Below, piece by piece: positions 9,901 through 18,587 of a stretch of DNA of 64,000 bases. The notes under the pieces are model-generated. The model was not told the origin of the DNA. It worked only from the letters and a program-made list of their open reading frames with translations, and ran no database searches. Where the stretch lies: the sequence record OR050627.1; one strand, written 5' to 3'. Numbering within the stretch: the stretch's first letter is position 1; every line of letters begins with the position of its first letter. The position numbers and the translations under genes were made by a program.

Positions 9901-12900
9901 GGTAATGATTCGGCAGGTAACAAACTTCCTAACAAGAAAATTTTAACATCTGCAGATATCGACATATCTAAGTATTGGGAGAAATGGACCGATGGCACTA
10001 ATGTAGGATTTAATAATGTTACACCTTACTACTTCCTAGGCGCAGATGCTAACACTGCACAGAAAGTTTATACTGGCGGATTACTTGCATCAAACAGCTT
10101 CAGTGATGGTACTAAAATTCCTACTTTTGGATTATATTCAAAGGGTGACATTGCATTTGACGGCAATTTAAACAGGTTATCAGGCGAATTAAACATTCAA
10201 CGTACAGGCATTAATAAGCTTAGAACTAACGGGCCATCTACAATTTTATCTGCCGAAGCGACTAACACTACATCAGGTGCTTTTATTAGACCTTTAGGTG
10301 ATAACAATACTGCAGGGCAAACTATATTTGCTAAAGACATCGTACGTTACAACACAAAAGCTAGACAATTTAGTAGTGTATCTAACGTAACTAAATATGA
10401 AAACTTGGCAGCAGTATCGTTGGCACATAACGGCCCTAGTACAATAAAAGTTATGTTCCCTCATAGTTTGAATACTATAATGTGGAACATTAAGCTTACT
10501 GTAGTTTCATATACTGGCGCAAACAATACTAACGTTAACCAGCTGCCAATGGAACTAACAATTTCAGGTTATGGCTCGGCGCCTACAACACCGTCGACTA
10601 ATACTGGTGCTTCTGTAGTGAACGCGTTTCCTGCGTTCACTGGAGTTAAAATTGGTTTAGATGATGCTACTGGCTTTAAAACGTTAATGCTTAATTTTAG
10701 TGCGCCTTTAGCATATCCAAAAGTCATAATCGACCAAGTAATTTATCATCACTCTGGGCTAACGCCGACAATTACTGACTTAGATAATGACTATGTTATT
10801 ACACAAACTGCTGACGAAACTGGATTTACTGCACAAACTGATATTCCGTTAACGCAATTTAAAGGTTATTTTGACATTGCTAAGGCTAGCACAGCATTTC
10901 CTACTAACATAGCTAATGCTAACCAAGCATCAGCAATAAACCAGGATATGAACACATTGCCTAGCGGTAACTACGTTGGCGGTGTAAGTGTATCTGCACA
11001 AAATTTGCCGATTCCTGTAGGCACTGGCAATCCAGGAGGCTTAATATCTTTTGGTAGCGGTTCACAGACGACTAGAATTCTAGGCGCTAGTGATGGTTCT
11101 GATAATCTTTGGTTTAATTCAGGTACTTCTACAAAATGGTATCAGCTAGCTTCAAGAGATTACGTAACTACGCAATTAGCAAACTACATACCAACGTCAC
11201 AGAAAGGCGTAGCTAATGGGGTTGCTACGTTAGATGCTAATGGTACTGTACCTTCTACGCAACTGCCTTCTTACGTTGATGATGTTTTAGAATTTGCATC
11301 GTTATCGGCATTCCCAGCAGTAGGTGAATCTGGTAAAATTTATATTGCTATTGATACTAATTTACAGTATAGATGGTCTGGTTCAGTTTACGTACCTATT
11401 ATGAGTTCCGGAGGTGTAATATCCGTAAATGGTAAAACTGGCATAGTTACTTTAGATAAAACTGACATTGGTTTAGGAAATGTAGACAATACTGCAGATA
11501 ACGTAAAGAACGTACTTAGCGCCACTAAGTGGACTACGCCAAGAACATTTACGTTAAATGGTGACATTTCTGCTATAGGTACAGTTGATGGCTCGGCTAA
11601 CGTAACGTTCGCAACTACTTTGCCAAACATTGTAACTGCAGGAACTTATAAAATTACTACAGTCAATGCTAAAGGCCAAGTTACTGGAGGTTCAAATCCT
11701 ACAACTTTAGCAGGCTTTGGCATTACTGATGCTATGTCAACATCGCATCCAGCTAATGTGATTACTTCAACTGACATTGCTAACTGGAATGCTCAAGTAG
11801 CAGTAGGCAATTTTAGAACTTATGGTTTAGGAACATACAATGCACAAACTATATCTGATTTTAATACGTTACAGACGCAACTTGAAAATGTAACTAGATT
11901 CTATGGTTCAGTTAATGCTGCAGTTACTAATGGGCCTGCCGGAATTGATTATCCTGGAGGTGTTTTTAATAGTATAAGTAATGCAGTACAATCTGCATTA
12001 GTTTTTGGAGGTCATGGCAATAACAATGGTTTAGCATACAGAAACAAAACTGGTACTAATGCATGGGGTAACTGGATATACGCTTGGACAGACAAGCATT
12101 TTAGCCAAACTAACATAAACAATTGGAATGCCGCGTTTGGTTGGGGTAACCACTCAACTCAAGGCTACTTAAAGGCTGCAGATTTAACAGGATTAGTTAA
12201 GAAATCTGGCGATACTATGTCAGGTATGCTTACGATAAACTCAACATCGCAACCATTAGCACTTAAAGGCGCATCTGCAAATACTAACTACACTACTTAC
12301 ATTAAACATGATGGCAGCGGTAATATTGGATTTATTGGTTCAAATGGCGGTGGTGCTATTGGTGATGGCGGAACTGGTGACCGATTTGTAATTCGCGGAA
12401 CTGCAGGTCTTGATCTTTATAATGATGCTGGTGCAATTACTGCTAATGGTGGCGCAATTTGGAGCACTATGCATTTTTCAAGCACTGATTTAGAAAGTTT
12501 CTTTGAAGCTTATAATAACAGCATTTCAGGCGGAACTATGACACCTACACAGCTACAGCTTACAAGAACAGGGTCCACTCCAATTAACATTGCTATACCG
12601 ACGTTCAACCAAAATACTACAGGCAATGCAGGTTCTGCAACTAAATTGCAAACTGCAAGGACTATAAAAATTGGTGAGCAATCAGGAGCTTTTGATGGTA
12701 CTGGAAACTTAACTTTCGGTCACAACGAAATGAAAGTTACTATGTGCGGTGTTAAGACATATGGCGAATCTTGGAACTCAGTAGTAGTGCTAGATACTAG
12801 AAATGCCAGCCCATTACCATCGACAGATTTACAATCAGCAGTTACATTTGACTTTAAGCAGTCATCTGCAATTGGACTAAATAGCATTCCTGGAGTTTCT

Positions 12901-14058
12901 ACATATGCAAGTGCTATTACTATGGCGCCATTCGTTAACGACTCCGGTAATAATAATTCTGCATTTACACTAGCTCAATCTAATGGTGTTTTAGCATTTA
13001 AAAATTATGTTAATGGCGCATGGGGTTCATGGATTAAATTGTTAACATCTGCAGATATTTCTACAGCGTCAATTAACAACTGGAACCAGGCATATTCTTG
13101 GGGTAACCATGCAAATGCAGGCTATATGTCCAAGTCTACGCAGATGGGAATATTAAGTTTTAACAGTTTATCTGGAACTGGTGCTAACGGAATTTATCGT
13201 TCTGATGCTGACCCAACTACAGCAAATGGCGTTAAGAACAAGTATTCGCCAATGTTGCATATGGGCGCTTCTGATACAATGACGCAATTGTCCATAGCTT
13301 ACCAAACTGGTGAACTTTCATTCAGAGGAGGCTACAATAATAGCTGGCAAGATTGGCGTACTGCTTGGGATAACGTTAATTTACCTCAGCCAGTAACAAG
13401 AAACACTGCACAAACTATTACGGCAGATAAAACTCACACAGAGAACATTTTGCTTAATGGTAACAACATGATTAAGTTTTTTGGTACTGCGTCAACAAGA
13501 GTAATGATACTATCTGCTGATAGAATTACTGGTTGGACTGGTATCTCTGATGACCAAGATCGTAAAGTTGCAGGTATTGACTATGGTTCAGGTAACTATA
13601 CGTTAGGTGAAATGATCTATGTTAGGAAGACTAACAATGGCACTGGTAATGTAGGTATTAGATCAACTCCGCATGCAACATATCCAGTTTACTTAAATGG
13701 TGACACTGCATGTACTGGTAACTTCATTGGTGTAGGATTCTATGAGTCTTCACGTAGGGCACTGAAAACTAACATTAAAGCTTTTGAGAAATCAGGACTT
13801 GACTTAGTTAATGAACTTGACATTGTAACGTTTGACCGTAAGGACAACGAGGAAATTAAAGATAAAATCGGAGTTATCATAGATGACACACCATCCGAAT
13901 TTGCTTCAATTTCAGGTGATGAGGTTGACTTATACAAAACAACCTTCATTCAAGCCAAGGCTATTCAGGAACTTTCTGCAACTGTTGAGAAGCAATCTGC
14001 CGAAATTGAAGAGCTAAAGAAAATGGTAAATATATTACTAAAAGGTACGAATGGATAA
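6937..14058 (+). CDS. Long tail fibre / receptor-binding protein with multiple knob modules and C-terminal peptidase S74 intramolecular chaperone
   Basis: 2373 aa, G/T/N/S-rich; pyocin-knob-like modules ending in W-x-x-W; HxH motifs; three WGNH repeats; C-terminal YESSRRALKTNI...IGVI...KAIQEL plus coiled coil. Confidence 0.9.
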   Translation: MLYKYTTLPADTSALPVGALILTKSGDGYILDNNKVAVPFKGNVLTTTLINNWNDAYTKAHVHANKDTLDLISLLSIQKWDEAYSLKHSHTNLATLETITPSKIAEWNSAMKFIKTLSTEDLDTVITNGIYTQPSNANATTANHYPIGYAGTLTVLGNGTNHIVQEYVRLASGATGNVKYRRYYYVSSGWSNWQKSLDDRDITQAMIDSWNLAVSWGNHASAGYLTSTTGDARYLKLTGGTLTGDVAVTGGKTFTFTATDGKTYEVNGSGTKHTSGANVFSTNFINATTYGLTHGTQQMLTKDITNNILKIGNDTAPAQLRLKSAVGPNPTSTVLTDSNGDVSIVPALPLFTNYLEPQLIANADSATTKGIELNYLDSTSLNKPTTLANGTLMSLNINSSGGSQLAISTSTDPAVYFRTRSNTTFGGWTRLATTNDLTAIGNDYISKTTNDLPANSAWYVKKGTSGIGVVDTNFIGLFDASTKAYVTGGVLKIVNGGVETNALSTFNGTTTFNNNTTYVNASTLFMLGVHNATLGMQGNGRLSVTSGSANKTGSIIVEGDSPIIARPETIVNSDTVLANLPVGTHGAGTSIGGVNASFITFGSPVTGTKTNLLGSTTGFLKFRSSSGATFNDWKSLVSFEDLQLATTETSVSLTFNGVTKTAPITTGTLTGVMYTNNWTLPFGTTKGYIDIEMPTSTTGDIVLTLVGYWGNERQSGSVKYQIGFGANTTQIYDQYANIVSVTGGQVLLDSYAVNLSAAIVLVNAKPCLRIWCMRDGISQTNTVRAFLQIKTRQGTPFTSLADVKPLAFVAEPNIPTFMDLDQAPKSVSFNQIAVRSSAQNDDNAAIKLKTARISTSPTNTNGIRVVGTSNTAAGYLYLGSGNNRLGVDDGSANSPLLYNSSPVVTRDYAIANGFIFSEGNARGTINGVSAEVGLPANSFKPVKSGFYRANGENNWGALSLNIAHPSQSNGGFMAGIAFDYSGANAYLTGNDSAGNKLPNKKILTSADIDISKYWEKWTDGTNVGFNNVTPYYFLGADANTAQKVYTGGLLASNSFSDGTKIPTFGLYSKGDIAFDGNLNRLSGELNIQRTGINKLRTNGPSTILSAEATNTTSGAFIRPLGDNNTAGQTIFAKDIVRYNTKARQFSSVSNVTKYENLAAVSLAHNGPSTIKVMFPHSLNTIMWNIKLTVVSYTGANNTNVNQLPMELTISGYGSAPTTPSTNTGASVVNAFPAFTGVKIGLDDATGFKTLMLNFSAPLAYPKVIIDQVIYHHSGLTPTITDLDNDYVITQTADETGFTAQTDIPLTQFKGYFDIAKASTAFPTNIANANQASAINQDMNTLPSGNYVGGVSVSAQNLPIPVGTGNPGGLISFGSGSQTTRILGASDGSDNLWFNSGTSTKWYQLASRDYVTTQLANYIPTSQKGVANGVATLDANGTVPSTQLPSYVDDVLEFASLSAFPAVGESGKIYIAIDTNLQYRWSGSVYVPIMSSGGVISVNGKTGIVTLDKTDIGLGNVDNTADNVKNVLSATKWTTPRTFTLNGDISAIGTVDGSANVTFATTLPNIVTAGTYKITTVNAKGQVTGGSNPTTLAGFGITDAMSTSHPANVITSTDIANWNAQVAVGNFRTYGLGTYNAQTISDFNTLQTQLENVTRFYGSVNAAVTNGPAGIDYPGGVFNSISNAVQSALVFGGHGNNNGLAYRNKTGTNAWGNWIYAWTDKHFSQTNINNWNAAFGWGNHSTQGYLKAADLTGLVKKSGDTMSGMLTINSTSQPLALKGASANTNYTTYIKHDGSGNIGFIGSNGGGAIGDGGTGDRFVIRGTAGLDLYNDAGAITANGGAIWSTMHFSSTDLESFFEAYNNSISGGTMTPTQLQLTRTGSTPINIAIPTFNQNTTGNAGSATKLQTARTIKIGEQSGAFDGTGNLTFGHNEMKVTMCGVKTYGESWNSVVVLDTRNASPLPSTDLQSAVTFDFKQSSAIGLNSIPGVSTYASAITMAPFVNDSGNNNSAFTLAQSNGVLAFKNYVNGAWGSWIKLLTSADISTASINNWNQAYSWGNHANAGYMSKSTQMGILSFNSLSGTGANGIYRSDADPTTANGVKNKYSPMLHMGASDTMTQLSIAYQTGELSFRGGYNNSWQDWRTAWDNVNLPQPVTRNTAQTITADKTHTENILLNGNNMIKFFGTASTRVMILSADRITGWTGISDDQDRKVAGIDYGSGNYTLGEMIYVRKTNNGTGNVGIRSTPHATYPVYLNGDTACTGNFIGVGFYESSRRALKTNIKAFEKSGLDLVNELDIVTFDRKDNEEIKDKIGVIIDDTPSEFASISGDEVDLYKTTFIQAKAIQELSATVEKQSAEIEELKKMVNILLKGTNG

Positions 14059-14953
14059 AATTATAACTTTTGAATATGCTGCAGCTAACCTTGCAGCATT
14101 TCAATTGCAACCAATACCAAATACCAAGAAAGGTATGACTAAGGACGAGGTCAACGCTTACATTAGCGTTGACCAAGTTCCGTTAGCTTCATATGTAGGT
14201 AACCGTTTAGTACCTATTAGCAAAGTTATTGGAGTTACTAAAGTGCCTGCTGATTTAACTTATTACATAATGGGCTCAATGTATAACGAGCAAGGTAATT
14301 ACAATGAGTCTTATGTTTGGAACAACGGATATTCAGAATACCGTAACTTTTCAACATTGGCTAATGACGACATGGTAGTTAATGTAGTTGCTTATTTTCA
14401 AAAAGTCTATAGACGTTCAAATTCCGACCCATCGTTTAATGCAGAATTTGCTTTGAATTTTAGAGAACCTCTTAATGCTATATTGGAAGATGTCTTTAAC
14501 TTGGCAGGATTTGCACTTAATGCAAACAATATAGAAATGTCGAGGACTATGTTACAGATGATAGGATGGCCTGCTGCAGATTATGGTGATCAGATTTACA
14601 AAGAAAATGGCACTGACATTACTAAGTCTACTACATACCAAAAAATGTTTACGTCATCACCGCCACTAGTTAATCCATCAACAAACTTAGGAATTATGAC
14701 TTATGGTGAATCCGACTTGCCGAATACTAACGCACACAATAAAGTTAGGGATAGGGAACTGCTTAAAATTAATGTAGGCCCTTCCGGACAGAATGAAATT
14801 TTACCTCAAATGACCAGGGATACGCTTAACACTAACACTAATGGTTATTGGGACGTTCAGTTTAGTCTTAATCCATTTGAATGTTCTTATGTAATTAAAC
14901 GATTGACTGGAGGTGACGCTAAGTTTGCAGTTAAATATTTTGCACCTTTATAA
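14051..14953 (+). CDS. Tail-fibre-associated hypothetical protein
   Basis: Overlaps the fibre stop codon; 300 aa. Confidence 0.7.
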   Translation: MDKIITFEYAAANLAAFQLQPIPNTKKGMTKDEVNAYISVDQVPLASYVGNRLVPISKVIGVTKVPADLTYYIMGSMYNEQGNYNESYVWNNGYSEYRNFSTLANDDMVVNVVAYFQKVYRRSNSDPSFNAEFALNFREPLNAILEDVFNLAGFALNANNIEMSRTMLQMIGWPAADYGDQIYKENGTDITKSTTYQKMFTSSPPLVNPSTNLGIMTYGESDLPNTNAHNKVRDRELLKINVGPSGQNEILPQMTRDTLNTNTNGYWDVQFSLNPFECSYVIKRLTGGDAKFAVKYFAPL

Positions 14954-14964
14954 ACCAATAGCGC

Positions 14965-15330
14965 ATGAAAAATATTGAATTAACAAAGGAAAATGCGTTA
15001 GTATCGAAAGTGGTCGAGATAGCTGAATACAACAATTTCAGTGCGTTTCTTGTTGGTTCACAGCTTGACGACAGTAAACAATCAAAGGATATAAATATCA
15101 TAGGCGTTATGGAAAACCAAGACTTTATTGATAAGTTCGGCTTTCCATACACCGAAATATTCAGGCGTTTAATGCAATCAGACTATTCTGACTTGCGTAC
15201 AATACGTTACATAAGCATAAGTAACCGAATTAAAATTGAATTGCGATTTACTACAGCAATGAACGTTACTTTTATTCTAATGGATGTCGAAAGCTTTGAC
15301 TACGACTTACCTTACAAACAAATACACTAA
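14965..15330 (+). CDS. Hypothetical protein
   Basis: Tightly packed 121-aa ORF. Confidence 0.65.
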   Translation: MKNIELTKENALVSKVVEIAEYNNFSAFLVGSQLDDSKQSKDINIIGVMENQDFIDKFGFPYTEIFRRLMQSDYSDLRTIRYISISNRIKIELRFTTAMNVTFILMDVESFDYDLPYKQIH

Positions 15331-15341
15331 ACAAAACAAAA

Positions 15342-16448
15342 ATGAGCATAAAATACGGCTTAAATCAATTTAAAAATACTGCAGACAATAGTACTGAAGT
15401 AGTCATTGACAATGGTTTACTTTATGAAATTGGCATACCAATTGGCGAAGTTAACGAAGCTACAAACAACATTTACGTAACTGATGCTTCTGGCAAAAAG
15501 ATAAGAGTGCCTATACATGATGCAATAATTCAGTCAATTCAGCTAATGTCTGATGACGTTAAAAGCCAATTTAAGTCTAGCGTTTTTGGCGAAATAGACT
15601 TATTGCCAGCATCAATTTCAGGAGCTATGCCATTCATGCTAACTTCGGCAGATTTTGGCAAGTCGATAGACGTCATAATTTACGGCAAAAATATGAATAT
15701 GCACGACACTGCAAATACTAAAGTTGCGTTAGTCGACAAAAATTCAGGTGCCGAGATAGTAGCGACTACTTGGAATACATTGAACGTCAACCAAATGCAG
15801 GCCACTTTTAAAATCCCTGCTAAATGCAAAGCTACTGCGTTTTTAGTTGCAGTGACTTATGGTGACATCGCAGCACAATCTACTGCAGAAATTATCGTTA
15901 ACACTTCGGTAACTTTTGAACCTGTAGAGCTTAACTTTACAAAATTTGGTGAAGAATATTGCATAGCAACTACACCAAAATCTATAACATTTTCGCCACT
16001 TTTTAACAACAATATTGGTGCAGATTCAGTGTCAGTTACTTCCGAAGCTATCGACTGTACAAAGAATTTTGTTTTGTCGGCAGACTTGGCAATAAATACT
16101 AAATCCGGAGCTTCACTTAACGCTATTGACTTGACTAGGTCAGGCTTTGGTTTAGGCTTTGCAGGACAGCCTGGAGAAGTTAGGTTTGACGGCGTTAACA
16201 TGGACTTACGTGACTTTAAGCCAAGGTTCAACACATTCCTAACTAAGGAACCTATAAAGCATGTAAAATTCATAAAGCAAGGTAACTCAATTTATAAGCT
16301 GCTATATTCAGATAATAGCGTGTATACATTCAAAACTATACTTAGTATAGATGATGACATAGCCATATGCGCATCTATGCAAAGACTTGATGATAGCGGA
16401 AGTATCATTAATGTATCATACAACAATATAACTTTAAAAACATTCTAA
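15342..16448 (+). CDS. Putative structural protein (Ig/IPT-like plus beta-sandwich)
   Basis: V-I-I-Y-G-K-N-M Ig/IPT-like segment, beta-rich C-terminus; N-terminus resembles the fibre N-termini. Confidence 0.55.
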   Translation: MSIKYGLNQFKNTADNSTEVVIDNGLLYEIGIPIGEVNEATNNIYVTDASGKKIRVPIHDAIIQSIQLMSDDVKSQFKSSVFGEIDLLPASISGAMPFMLTSADFGKSIDVIIYGKNMNMHDTANTKVALVDKNSGAEIVATTWNTLNVNQMQATFKIPAKCKATAFLVAVTYGDIAAQSTAEIIVNTSVTFEPVELNFTKFGEEYCIATTPKSITFSPLFNNNIGADSVSVTSEAIDCTKNFVLSADLAINTKSGASLNAIDLTRSGFGLGFAGQPGEVRFDGVNMDLRDFKPRFNTFLTKEPIKHVKFIKQGNSIYKLLYSDNSVYTFKTILSIDDDIAICASMQRLDDSGSIINVSYNNITLKTF

Positions 16449-16450
16449 AA

Positions 16451-16873
16451 ATGGCAAATTTCTTAATTGCATACAAAAAGACAGGAGGCTTTGAAGGCGG
16501 CTGGAACCACATAAAAGGAGATACTGGAGGAGAAACATATTGCGGAATTGCAAGAAACTATTGGCCTAAATGGGCTGGCTGGGCAATCATAGATTCTAAA
16601 AAGCCAATTAAAACAGGTACAATTTTTAAAGACAACGCTAAACTTGAAGATTTAGTGCATGCGTTTTACAAAACTAATTTCTGGGACGTTGTCGGTGGAG
16701 ATGACATCGAGGACCAAACTATAGCTAACACGCTTTATGATTTTGGGGTTAACGCCGGAACGTCAAGATCAGTTAAGCAAATTCAGGGCGCTTTAGGCTT
16801 AGCACAAACTGGTAAAGTAGACAAAGCTTTAGTTGAAGCTATCAACAATCCATCCAAAAACTTACTTAAATAA
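16451..16873 (+). CDS. Endolysin, glycoside hydrolase family 108 catalytic part (lacks C-terminal PG_binding_3 segment)
   Basis: FEGGW, DTGGETYCGI, FY..NFW, YDFGVNAG motifs of GH108; stops at 140 aa after ...ALVEAINN. Confidence 0.9.
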   Translation: MANFLIAYKKTGGFEGGWNHIKGDTGGETYCGIARNYWPKWAGWAIIDSKKPIKTGTIFKDNAKLEDLVHAFYKTNFWDVVGGDDIEDQTIANTLYDFGVNAGTSRSVKQIQGALGLAQTGKVDKALVEAINNPSKNLLK

Positions 16874-16877
16874 CAAA

Positions 16878-17546
16878 ATGAAGAACATATTTTTTAGTAT
16901 GATGTTAGGGCTTTTTGCTTTAACATCATGCAACAACAAAAATGCTAGTAACGTTAAGAATGACGTTGACTCATTAACACTAGTAGACACTGCGTTTATC
17001 GTAGTAGACTCAGCAACTAGAGATTCAGTTCCAATTTACATCGAACAGGAAGCTTACGACAATAAAGCACAGATTGCTAAAGAAGAGTTTAGCAGACTTA
17101 AAAAATCGGCCGACTCACTTTACAATATTACGTTATCACTTAAGCATCTGGAAGGTCAGTATGCCAATATAATCGCAACAGGCAAAGCAGACTACAAAAG
17201 CTTAGACGCTAAAAAGATTAAGTTAGCACAATATAAAGCTAAACTTAAAGCTAACTTAGAACGTAAAATTGTTAAAAAGTCATTTGACGATGAAGTCATA
17301 GCTTCACCAATATTTACTGAGGCAGACTCTGCAAAAGACAAATTTGTAGTATATCTTGGTGTTATAGAAAAAATTGAGACTGAGATCATACCTACATTAA
17401 AAGAACAAGAACTTGACATTAGTCGATCTACATTGCATAAAAAGTTAGTAGTTGCAAATGCACAATATTACTTAAACATCACATTACGTAATCCAAGCCA
17501 GGACAAATTCTTGAAAGGTTGGACACGAAGAGCCTGGTCTCAGTAA
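16878..17546 (+). CDS. Lipoprotein carrying the GH108-type C-terminal PG_binding_3 motif
   Basis: ATG 16878 MKNIFFSMMLGLFALTSC (lipobox Cys18), helical stalk, ends QYYLNITLRNPSQDKFLKGWTRRA. Confidence 0.8.
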   Translation: MKNIFFSMMLGLFALTSCNNKNASNVKNDVDSLTLVDTAFIVVDSATRDSVPIYIEQEAYDNKAQIAKEEFSRLKKSADSLYNITLSLKHLEGQYANIIATGKADYKSLDAKKIKLAQYKAKLKANLERKIVKKSFDDEVIASPIFTEADSAKDKFVVYLGVIEKIETEIIPTLKEQELDISRSTLHKKLVVANAQYYLNITLRNPSQDKFLKGWTRRAWSQ

Positions 17547-17549
17547 CAA

Positions 17550-17557
17550 TATAAATA
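17550..17557 (+). promoter_or_regulatory. Possible T4-type late promoter TATAAATA
   Basis: Exact TATAAATA 37 nt upstream of the PAS gene; another exact copy at 37707, near-copies at 4983 and 5412; could arise by chance in AT-rich DNA. Confidence 0.35.
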
Positions 17558-17593
17558 CTAAAATTTAAAAAACAAAATCCAGAATAAAACCAA

Positions 17594-18208
17594 ATGACTA
17601 TGTCTATACTACAAGACTACAGCGTAGTTATAGGAAGCATTCTAGTTATTGTCGCTACATTTTTGAAAAAAGGTAATGTTCAACAACTAAACCAGTATAT
17701 TAACACAATTAATATGCTGAGAGTTGACTTATTAGCACTCAAAAAGGACAATGCAGATATTGCATCCGACATACGTAAGTTACAGGCCGAATTGCACGAC
17801 AAGGATCGTTTGGTTGCATTATTGGAAGCGACTTCTTGGGACTTACCGTTTCCTTATTGGCTTAAGGACATGCAACATAACATGGTGTACATTAATGCTA
17901 AATATGAAAAAACGTTTAACGTTAGGTCCATTGATTATGTTGGCAAAAAAGATAGCGACATCTGGCCTGTAGAAATTGCCGAAAAGTTCAAAGCTAATGA
18001 CCAAAAGATGATTGACGGTGACGACGAGTTTATAATTTCACAAACAGAAGTTGACGGCTTTGTAGTCATAAAATGGAAACGTTGGGCTGGTAGCATTTTA
18101 ATTGGCGTTGCAGGAATGTGTATACCAATTAATGTATTTCATAATTTTACGCAAGATGTCTTAAACGTAGTTAATCAGAATAACAGCAATGAGCGAACAC
18201 GAAACTAA
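17594..18208 (+). CDS. Membrane-anchored coiled-coil plus PAS-domain protein (holin/lysis-regulator candidate)
   Basis: N-terminal TM (YSVVIGSILVIVATF), coiled coil, then LPFPYWLKD...YINAKYE...VGKKDSDIWP...F.AND..M PAS_4-like fold. Confidence 0.75.
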   Translation: MTMSILQDYSVVIGSILVIVATFLKKGNVQQLNQYINTINMLRVDLLALKKDNADIASDIRKLQAELHDKDRLVALLEATSWDLPFPYWLKDMQHNMVYINAKYEKTFNVRSIDYVGKKDSDIWPVEIAEKFKANDQKMIDGDDEFIISQTEVDGFVVIKWKRWAGSILIGVAGMCIPINVFHNFTQDVLNVVNQNNSNERTRN

Positions 18209-18587
18209 CACAGAATATACAATGCCGCAAGAGGAAACTACAGCAGGCGGCATCTTAAACAACATGGAGCTTGCTCAAAAAAATCCTAGTTTATGGCTTT
18301 GGATTGGAATTATAATAGCAATAGTAGCCATTTTTGGCTATTTTACAAGGTCGCAAGAGCTTAGAATCGATGAGGTTAAGGCTGAACGTGATACTTGGAA
18401 GAGTAAATTTGAGGAAGTGTCTAAAGCTTACAATGAATTATTGATGAGTCGATACTACGGAAACGTTACTACTATGCCAGGAGTTCCTCAAGTTCCTCAT
18501 GATTCAGTTGGCAAATTCCAAAACCAGGATGCAATAAGACCAAAAGAACTAGAAGACAAAACAAAAACAAATACTGACAATGATTAA
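18189..18587 (+). CDS. Single-TM membrane protein with coiled coil (holin/antiholin or spanin-associated candidate)
   Basis: TM LWLWIGIIIAIVAIFGYF followed by a coiled coil; overlaps both neighbours. Confidence 0.65.
   Translation: MSEHETNTEYTMPQEETTAGGILNNMELAQKNPSLWLWIGIIIAIVAIFGYFTRSQELRIDEVKAERDTWKSKFEEVSKAYNELLMSRYYGNVTTMPGVPQVPHDSVGKFQNQDAIRPKELEDKTKTNTDND

Noticed and set aside
11685-11705. tRNA T-loop-like GGTTCAAATCC
   Set aside because: Lies in the fibre coding frame (GGSNP) with no cloverleaf. No tRNA, rRNA or CRISPR repeat-spacer array was found anywhere in the window.
6937-14058. Diversity-generating retroelement target
   Set aside because: No reverse transcriptase and no near-identical TR/VR pair differing at adenines in the window.
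16874-17430. Self-splicing intron explaining the split endolysin
   Set aside because: The intervening DNA is a continuous lipoprotein ORF in frame with the tail. I see no group I/II core motifs or homing endonuclease. Not fully excluded without RT-PCR.
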